A stretch of DNA of 26,857 bases from a virus. The stretch lies in the UHGV virus genome UHGV-0196088; one strand, 5' to 3'. Both the position numbers and the translations under genes were made by a program. Positions 1-6,414 of this stretch are shown in pieces; position 1 is the stretch's first letter, and each line of letters starts with the position of its first letter. The notes under the pieces were generated by a model. It worked only from the letters and a program-made list of their open reading frames with translations. It did no database searches and was not told the DNA's origin.

Positions 1-411
1 CGACTGCCACCCTTGGTGCCGAACCGGTGGCGGATATAGCAGGCATGAGTGCAGTATTTACGCCCCGCGTTCCCATACGCCTCGAACCCCTCACCACAGT
101 AGGCGCACGTGAAGTTGTAGAAGGCTTTGCGGGTGCCTGCTTCTGGGTGGGTATGCCAGAACGCCCGCCGATGCTCGCTACAGCAAAATGATGGTTTCTT
201 CCCATCCGCGCGTTGCGACAGTTTGATTCCGCACCAGCGGCACCACCGCCCATCAGGGTCAGCTTTCGCTGTTGGTTCGATACCTGTGCGGGTGACATAG
301 GCGCGGATCTGATCGCGGCTGACCGCAAGACGTGCAGCGATCGCCTTATACCCAAGCCCGCCCAAGCGCATGCGCCTGGCTGCTTGTTTTTCTCTCTCAT
401 CTAACGCCATC
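1..411 (-). CDS. HTH (sigma-70 region 4 / LuxR-like) plus Cys-rich zinc-ribbon-like DNA-binding protein; C-terminus truncated by the window edge
   Basis: Minus-strand ORF with ATG near 411 and GGAGG about 7 nt upstream. N-terminus MALDEREKQAARRMRLGGLGYKAIAARLAVSRDQIRAYV looks like a region-4-type HTH, followed by Cys clusters (CRWCG, FCCSEH, CAYCG, YCTHAC). Not in the ORF track because it runs off position 1. Confidence 0.5.
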
Positions 412-536
412 ACTGGCCTCCTCTCCGTAGAAGGCCACGAATGCGTGCCGAGTTAACCCTTCGCCGGAGGTCGCGTGTGGGCCTTCTGCCCATACGCCCT
501 CGGGCACCTGCGAATCCGGACGGGTAAGAAAACCTC

Positions 537-606
537 AAGAATGATGAAAAGCCCCGCCACCACCGGCTCCCCGAGAATCTGGGAAGTCACAGTGGTGACG
601 GGGCTA
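537..606 (-). terminator. Intrinsic terminator candidate downstream of the endolysin gene
   Basis: On the minus-strand transcript, AGCCCCGUCACCAC pairs with GUGGUGGCGGGGCU (about 14 bp, one G-U) and is followed by UUUUCAUCAUUCUU. It sits just 3' of the endolysin stop at 627. Confidence 0.5.
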
Positions 607-626
607 AGTTCGTTGACCTCTAGCTG

Positions 627-1613
627 TTAGTAGCCGAGCTTGGCGTTGACTCGCGCCTGGACAGCGCTGTAGAGATTTCCGAGGCGGCGCTTACGCTCCT
701 CACCATTGCCATAATCACCGCGAATCACTGCATCAGCCAATGCGTCGATGTTGGGCCCTGCTGGCTTCGGGGCGGATGCGTTGCCGGAAAGCTTCTCGTT
801 CACTCGCTGCTGGACAGCCGCGTAGTTGGCTCCGAGACGTCGCTTACGCTCCTCCCCATTGCCATAGTCGCCACGGATCACGGCGTCAGCCAATGCGTCG
901 ATGTTGGGCCCCGCTGGCTTCGGGGCGGATGCGTTGCCGGAAAGCTTCTCGTTCACTCGCTGTTGGACAGCCGCGTAGTTGGCTCCGAGGCGGAGCTTAC
1001 GCTCCTCCCCGTTCCCGTACTCGCCGCGAATCACCGCGTCGGCGAGGGTGTCGATGTTCGGCGTTGCAGGAGCAGGTGCTGGTGCTGGTGCTGGTGCTGG
1101 GGTGTTGCCAGTCATCTGGTCATACCAAGACTGGGCGCGAGCCATGTAGGCGGTGTGCTGGGAGCCAGCAAGAGATGCCGGGCAAGCAGTCGCAGAAAAG
1201 TCCTTGTGCCCGAACACATTCTTCCCCCACTGGGGTCGGCCAAGACCGTAGAACTTACAGACAGCGGCTACGAGGTGTGCACCGTTATCCAGGCAGGCTT
1301 CGGATACCGCCCACGGGTTCGAGGACACGTCGGCGTGTTCGATGCCGATACTGGTGGTGTTGGCGGCAAAGTTGCCTGCATGCCAGGCGGTATCCCGGTC
1401 CCACACCAACTGGCCTATGCGTCCGTCGGATTGGACTTGGTAGTGGGCGGAAGCAGGACGGGACTGCCACACGTCGTAGCAGCCCCGGATGGTGAGGTTG
1501 CCTGCGTTGTGGTGGATGATCACCTTATCGATCTTTCGCCCGTTGCGTCCGGGTGTGTAGTGTGTGTTCATGATGAGGTCGATGTCAGCCTCCAGCGCGA
1601 GCCAATTCTTCAT
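627..1613 (-). CDS. Endolysin: N-acetylmuramoyl-L-alanine amidase (amidase_2/PGRP-like) with three C-terminal CW_7-like cell-wall-binding repeats
   Basis: 328-aa ORF. N-terminal domain has amidase_2 hallmarks (KVIIHHNAG, TAWHAGN, HLVAAVCKFYG). PAPAPAPAPA linker, then three ~50-aa repeats with the G-x-YGNGEER-x-RLG...VQ-x-VN pattern. AAGGAGA RBS; start overlaps the holin stop (TGATG). Confidence 0.9.
   Translation of the reverse strand: MKNWLALEADIDLIMNTHYTPGRNGRKIDKVIIHHNAGNLTIRGCYDVWQSRPASAHYQVQSDGRIGQLVWDRDTAWHAGNFAANTTSIGIEHADVSSNPWAVSEACLDNGAHLVAAVCKFYGLGRPQWGKNVFGHKDFSATACPASLAGSQHTAYMARAQSWYDQMTGNTPAPAPAPAPAPATPNIDTLADAVIRGEYGNGEERKLRLGANYAAVQQRVNEKLSGNASAPKPAGPNIDALADAVIRGDYGNGEERKRRLGANYAAVQQRVNEKLSGNASAPKPAGPNIDALADAVIRGDYGNGEERKRRLGNLYSAVQARVNAKLGY
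630..1060 (-). repeat. Three tandem in-frame ~150-bp repeats encoding the CW_7-like modules of the endolysin
   Basis: Near-identical DNA blocks recur with ~150-bp period (for example caatgcgtcgatgttgggccc near 738 and 888). The protein shows three PNID(A/T)LADAVIRG(D/E)YGNGEERK-RLG repeats. Confidence 0.85.
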
Positions 1614-2104
1614 CAGTGAATCTCCTTATCTGTTGAGTTTTTGGTGGTTGTTGTTTCGGTGAGTGAGGGTCTTGTTTCGGCGCGGTTAGCGATCGCATCG
1701 AGCGCCCCGCGCATTTGGGATGGGATGGGCAGTCCTAGGCGGGTGGCGTTCTCCACCAGCGAGATGCCTTCGTTGGATAAGTAGAAGAAAATGACCGCCG
1801 CGCGTAGCACACTGGGTGCGCCGAGGATGTGGACGTCGATCAGGTGGGCGAGGCCGACGAGGGTGAAGATGAGGATTTTGCGGCTGATTCCTCGGAAACC
1901 AACCGAGGAGCTGAGGCGGCGTTCGTTGATGGCGGCGAGCACCCCGGTGATGTAGTCGGCTATTGCGAAGACAATCAACGCGTAAACCAAACCGTCGAGC
2001 CCTCCAAGATAAGCGGCGAGCCACGCACCAATACCAGCGATCCCGGTTTGGATGGCGTGCCAGATGGCGTGTAGAGACATGAGAATGATTCCTTTCGTGG
2101 GCAT
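1613..2104 (-). CDS. Holin (Phage_holin_4_1-like); probable dual-start holin/antiholin
   Basis: Hydrophobic TM segments and a DYITG motif; lies immediately upstream of the endolysin with overlapping stop/start. Two in-frame starts (MPTKGIIL-MSLH...); the downstream ATG near 2077 has the better RBS (AAAGGAA). Polar C-terminal tail. Confidence 0.8.
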   Translation of the reverse strand: MPTKGIILMSLHAIWHAIQTGIAGIGAWLAAYLGGLDGLVYALIVFAIADYITGVLAAINERRLSSSVGFRGISRKILIFTLVGLAHLIDVHILGAPSVLRAAVIFFYLSNEGISLVENATRLGLPIPSQMRGALDAIANRAETRPSLTETTTTKNSTDKEIH

Positions 2105-2161
2105 AAAAAATTGCCCACACCCATCTGGGGTGAAGGCATCAAAAATTGGTGTAGCACTGGG

Positions 2162-2380
2162 CTACATGGTCGGGTCAGTCAAGACCTCAAGAATTGGCAG
2201 GCTCAAGTCGAACGAAGCTACCTGTGGTGCTGGGAGTTCTTGGGCTTCGATAGCCTCTGCTGGTGGTGAGGGCGTGGCATCGGACTCGACTGGGACGATG
2301 GGAAGTTGCACCTCATCACCGGAAGACGATTCATGAGCGGAGCGTTGGGTCAGCTCTGTTTTCTCGTTTTCAATGCTCAT
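2162..2380 (-). CDS. Small acidic, Pro-rich hypothetical protein
   Basis: 72-aa ORF between the Tal-proximal ORF and the holin; low-complexity acidic/proline-rich sequence, 4-nt overlap with the upstream ORF. No recognisable motif. Confidence 0.4.
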   Translation of the reverse strand: MSIENEKTELTQRSAHESSSGDEVQLPIVPVESDATPSPPAEAIEAQELPAPQVASFDLSLPILEVLTDPTM

Positions 2381-2799
2381 TGGTTGTCCTTGGTGATGGC
2401 GTCGTAGAGGACATCGTAGGCTTCGGCCGATTCGCCAGAAAGCTCACCCTCATAGCCATCAAGAAGTGCTTTCACGTCCTTGTCGTGGCCGTCGTAGGTT
2501 GGCCCCGACACTTCAGCGATCGACGCGAGCAGGGCTTGACGGGCTTCGAGGAATTCACTGGCTTTGTCGGGATCAGCGAGGACAAACGTTCCATCGTTTG
2601 CGAACACTGGGCGACCCTGATCGTCAAGTGTTGCGAATTGGGTGACGAGGTCGTATTCATCTTCCCCGAACCGTGCAATCGCCTCCCTCACCAACGTCAG
2701 AAGTTTCGAGCGGGCACGGGACTGCGCCGCCTTCAACGGCATATTGGTGAGTAGGTCTGCGATGGGTTGCAAATGGTGGTTGGTAATCATGATCTTCAT
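2377..2799 (-). CDS. Hypothetical phage protein (about 140 aa)
   Basis: The ORF track gives 2377..2868, but the ATG near 2799 (MKIMITNHH...) follows the Tal stop and is preferred. Positioned between the tail fibre and the lysis cassette. Confidence 0.5.
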   Translation of the reverse strand: MKIMITNHHLQPIADLLTNMPLKAAQSRARSKLLTLVREAIARFGEDEYDLVTQFATLDDQGRPVFANDGTFVLADPDKASEFLEARQALLASIAEVSGPTYDGHDKDVKALLDGYEGELSGESAEAYDVLYDAITKDNQ

Positions 2800-2813
2800 C
2801 AGTGTTTCCTTTT

Positions 2814-5645
2814 CTATGCGAGGTTGGTGGACATGGCCGATAAGCCAGTGTTGGAGAAGTACCGCCACGTGATGTTCGACCCGGTTCCGGAGATGGATGT
2901 GATCCAGCCTTGATTGAGCAGGCTGAGGATCGCGTTCATTCGCGACATCAAATCTTTGGTGCGGTCGAATAGGCGGGTCATGTTGTAATACGAGCCGTTA
3001 GTGACGACCATCAGGTCGTAGGTGTGGAAGACGATCTTGGACAGCCCGCTTTGTCCCACCCAGCCCGAATAGGTTCCCATGCCCGTCAGCGTGCAATCCT
3101 GCAACGTCACGTAGCGTGAGCCCGTCGTGTAGAACTTGTAGCCACCTGTTCGCAGATCGGAGCCGAGGTGGATACCTGCCTGCCCGTAAAACAATCCCTT
3201 CGGATCCAACGTCAAACACGTGTAGTAGGTGCCGCCGTCTGCCTTCTGGTAGGTCCAGGCCACGTAGTCGCCTTTGTAAGCAAGCTGGTTCACGATGCCT
3301 TGCACATTCGGCTTATCTTTATGAGCCCGCCGCGCGAACTCACCGATATAGCGGGTGCCGTACCAAAACTGCATCCCAGCGCTCGTGATCTTGCCTTCCA
3401 GGGTGGTCCCGTCATACCAGGCGATCTGCGTGGGCGTGATTCGGATAGATTGCGTCCAGCCAGCTAAGCCTACTTGGATGGCGTTGGTGGCGAGCTTGTC
3501 CGCCGTAATTGAGCGCGCCCCAATCCGAGCCGCCGACAACGTCCCGGTGGTGATCTTCCCCGCATCCAGCGAAGCAATCTTGGCCGATGTGACCGCAGCA
3601 TCTTTGATCATCGCGGACTGGATAAAACCGTTAGCGATGGTCAACTTGTCCGAGGTAATCGAACCGGCAGCAATCCGTGCAGCCGATAAAGTACCGGTCG
3701 TAATCTTGTTCGCGGATAGACTGCCAACCTTCGCATCCGTGATCGCCGCATTCGAGATCATCGCATTCGTAATAAACCCATTGGCGATCGTCAGCTTGTC
3801 CGAAGTGATGGATCCAGCCTGAATGCGCCCCGCTGCCAGGTAGCCGCTGGTGATCTTGCTCGCTGACAGGTTGGCGATTTTCGCGTCGGTGATCGCGGCA
3901 TCAGCGATTTGTGCGGTGCCGATTGCGGCATCTGCGATGTGTGCTTGGCTGATCGCTTTCGACCCGATCATCGCAGCCCCAACCGGTGTTGGTTCCCATT
4001 GGTTGTTGGTGAGGATGTATTGGCGGGCGATCACGCCTTCTACACGCACTTGCCACAGCGCGCCCTCCGGTCGGCCAGCCGCGTCCGCTACGCTCGGGTC
4101 AACAGCAGCAACCGTGAGCCGCCCATCCGAGGTCACCGCAACGTCGTGGGCATCCTGCGCCAACTGGGTAGCACCAGCGGCGGCGGTCTTGGCCTGGTCG
4201 ATCTCCACCTGCGCCGAAGCCATCTGAGTGGCGACAGCATCGGCGGCGGTTTGTGCGTCGTGTGCAGCGGCGAGGGCTTGGTCGACCTCTGCGCGGGCGG
4301 CGTCGAGTTCGGCCTGCACCTGTGCATGGTTCAGATCAGTAGCGAGAGCGACCCAGCCGGGCTGCCCGGTGTCGGTGAGACGGTAGATCCAGATTTCGGT
4401 GGTTTCGCCGTTGCTTTTAAACCATGTGTCACCCAGCCTGGCATTGGCGGGCTGGATGCTGCCGTAGTGGTTGGTGTTCTTCCCATCCGCACTAGCCAAC
4501 GCGAACCCTGCCGCATCCGACGCAGCCACCGCCGTATTGATGGCGGTCTTGACTTGCCGGGTGACAGACGTGAACTTCCGAGCTACGGTTCCAAGTTCGA
4601 CCGAGATGTATTGACCTGTGAGTGGGTTGTATTCGTAAGCGACCACCCGCGCCGTGAGCGCAACACCCAGATCAGCGTGACGGACGGTAACGGTATCGCC
4701 AATCTCCACGGTCTCTAGCCGTGCAAGATCAGCGTATTCACGGGTTTGTGAAAGGTCAGAGAAGCGGATCTTGTACGAGCCAGACGGCTCATCCACATGT
4801 CTCGCACTGAATTCCGCTGCCGCCAGACGGCGCAACTGCGCGTGTGCTTGATCGAGCGGAAGCTCCCCCTCACGCGGATTGTCCTTATCCGTGATGGCTT
4901 TCACCTGCCCGTAGCGGATGACGCGGATACGCGGCACCACATAATCGCCCAACTTCAGCGAATCCACATAGAGCTCAGGCAAGAGTAGGCCGTCGTAGCC
5001 CACCGGCAAAATCCGCGTCACCACCGTCGAAAAATCAATAGATGATTCGAAGCCAGTGAGGTTCTTGCGGTCACGGATGACCACCCCGTGGTTGGCTCCG
5101 CGCATGAGTGTGTGATGGATATGGAAATTATCGCGGGCCAGTTCGCCGCCCCAACGCGAGATGAGCGTGTTGTCCTCGCCGGTATCCATGAGAGCGGCGG
5201 CGATGGGCATGCGCACCACCCGAGCACTCGCCCGAGTCGTGGTGTCGGAGCTGGTGGCGGTGAACCTGTGGGGCGTGTTCGCAGCACCCAGCAGCTGGTC
5301 GAGAGCGGCCTTGGCGGTCTTGTTGACCACGTAGGTGTCGGCGATGAGGTTCGCCGCCAGATCATAGAACACGTGAAACGCGCTCACTTCGAGAAAGCCG
5401 TCAAGGGTGGTGACGACCTCGCTAATCCGGAAACCCTGACGTTGCTCCAGCCCTGGCACGGGCGCGGCCACAATGTTTTCCACTACGAGGTACGCGGCTG
5501 AAGGGTCGTCTGCCGGGTAGGTGAAGGTCAGGGAGAATTCGCCACCTAGTTCTTCCGTCACGATCGGGCTGATGATCTCCCGATCCAAGACTCCTAGCCC
5601 GGTGGTGGTAAATGTCGTGGCGGTGCGGTCGTGAACCGTAATCAT
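2814..5645 (-). CDS. Tail-associated protein (Tal) / receptor-binding tail fibre protein with internal repeats
   Basis: About 944 aa from the ATG near 5645 (GGAGGG RBS; N-terminus MITVHDRTATTF...). The ORF track extends to a TTG at 5735. It sits immediately after Dit, and the N-terminal domain resembles prophage tail proteins. The central region has repeated (A/S)KIT(T/S)G.L.A.RI.AGSITSDKLTIANGFI motifs; the C-terminal region is lower in G+C. Confidence 0.8.
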   Translation of the reverse strand: MITVHDRTATTFTTTGLGVLDREIISPIVTEELGGEFSLTFTYPADDPSAAYLVVENIVAAPVPGLEQRQGFRISEVVTTLDGFLEVSAFHVFYDLAANLIADTYVVNKTAKAALDQLLGAANTPHRFTATSSDTTTRASARVVRMPIAAALMDTGEDNTLISRWGGELARDNFHIHHTLMRGANHGVVIRDRKNLTGFESSIDFSTVVTRILPVGYDGLLLPELYVDSLKLGDYVVPRIRVIRYGQVKAITDKDNPREGELPLDQAHAQLRRLAAAEFSARHVDEPSGSYKIRFSDLSQTREYADLARLETVEIGDTVTVRHADLGVALTARVVAYEYNPLTGQYISVELGTVARKFTSVTRQVKTAINTAVAASDAAGFALASADGKNTNHYGSIQPANARLGDTWFKSNGETTEIWIYRLTDTGQPGWVALATDLNHAQVQAELDAARAEVDQALAAAHDAQTAADAVATQMASAQVEIDQAKTAAAGATQLAQDAHDVAVTSDGRLTVAAVDPSVADAAGRPEGALWQVRVEGVIARQYILTNNQWEPTPVGAAMIGSKAISQAHIADAAIGTAQIADAAITDAKIANLSASKITSGYLAAGRIQAGSITSDKLTIANGFITNAMISNAAITDAKVGSLSANKITTGTLSAARIAAGSITSDKLTIANGFIQSAMIKDAAVTSAKIASLDAGKITTGTLSAARIGARSITADKLATNAIQVGLAGWTQSIRITPTQIAWYDGTTLEGKITSAGMQFWYGTRYIGEFARRAHKDKPNVQGIVNQLAYKGDYVAWTYQKADGGTYYTCLTLDPKGLFYGQAGIHLGSDLRTGGYKFYTTGSRYVTLQDCTLTGMGTYSGWVGQSGLSKIVFHTYDLMVVTNGSYYNMTRLFDRTKDLMSRMNAILSLLNQGWITSISGTGSNITWRYFSNTGLSAMSTNLA
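3470..3960 (-). repeat. In-frame tandem repeats (~117 bp, about 39 aa) inside the Tal gene
   Basis: Repeated DNA blocks (gatcatcgc...ggcgatcgtcagcttgtccga...) encode the repeated AITDAK...GSITSDKLTIANGFI protein units. Boundaries are approximate. Confidence 0.6.
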
Positions 5646-5719
5646 GAGGAGCCCTCCAAACAAAAATAGCGGCCGCCCAGGCAAAGGGGATGACCATCGG
5701 AACTTGCGTGAGTTGGGTG

Positions 5720-6412
5720 TTAGGGGTTGCGCCAATTCGGCACAATGAGCACTTGTGAGATGCCAGTACCGAGAGTGATCCGATTGACCCCAGGCTTGAA
5801 GGTTGGGAATGCTTCACTGAGCGCATCGGTCTGGACTTTCCCGTGGGCGTGTGCGACGAGACGCGCGCTGTCGAGCGTGACGGAACCTGCTGGCGAATTC
5901 ACGTGATAGACGCGCGCATTGATCGTCAGCGAGAGCGCGCCCGTGCCTGTAACAGTGATGATCGGATCGGCATCGAGTAGGCCGGGGTTGGTGATCGTCC
6001 CAGACTCCGACATCGTTACCGACTTCAAGCCCTCAGACAAATAGCTGAAGGGCTGGCAGGTGAGCCGCGCGGTGAACAGCCCCCACCCCGACAGCTCCCG
6101 GCGCAACTCGCCAACTTCGCAGTGCTTAACCTTCCGATACACACCCGACTCACCAGTGAACGCGATAATGGACGCGCCCGTCAGCTCGTGAGAAGCCTGT
6201 CTATACTGGTGTAGCCCGTCACGGATAGACACGGCGAGCTCAAGCTCGATCTCGGTATCCTCCCAGCCCGTGAAGCGCGTGAGGGTCCCGGCGCGGCCTT
6301 CGACCTCAATATCATCCACCGCACGGACGGCGGCGGGAATCGCCACCGGTGCCGTGAGTCGCAGACCAAGCGACGCCGAAGTCACCGTGTTGTTCAGGGT
6401 GAAGCCAAACAT
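5720..6412 (-). CDS. Distal tail protein (Dit)
   Basis: 230-aa ORF immediately downstream of the tape measure gene (ATG 2 nt after the TMP stop) and upstream of Tal, the canonical Dit position; size fits. Confidence 0.7.
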   Translation of the reverse strand: MFGFTLNNTVTSASLGLRLTAPVAIPAAVRAVDDIEVEGRAGTLTRFTGWEDTEIELELAVSIRDGLHQYRQASHELTGASIIAFTGESGVYRKVKHCEVGELRRELSGWGLFTARLTCQPFSYLSEGLKSVTMSESGTITNPGLLDADPIITVTGTGALSLTINARVYHVNSPAGSVTLDSARLVAHAHGKVQTDALSEAFPTFKPGVNRITLGTGISQVLIVPNWRNP

Positions 6413-6414
6413 GA

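Noticed and set aside
1075-1100. (GCTGGT)n microsatellite
   Set aside because: It lies in frame within the endolysin and encodes the PAPAPAPAPA linker; not a CRISPR array or a regulatory repeat.
740-1619. Long plus-strand ORFs (740..1495, 963..1619) overlapping the endolysin gene
   Set aside because: Arg/Cys/Trp-rich low-complexity translations typical of shadow ORFs opposite a G+C-rich coding strand; the minus-strand frame carries clear amidase and CW_7 motifs.
2263-2754. Plus-strand 163-aa ORF antisense to the two small genes between Tal and holin
   Set aside because: No RBS and a Trp/Arg/His-rich translation; the minus-strand ORFs fit the operon layout with overlapping stops and starts.
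3909-4718. Plus-strand ORFs across the tail gene (3355..3822, 3850..4227, 3909..4718)
   Set aside because: Antisense to a well-supported Tal gene; no RBS and no recognisable motifs.
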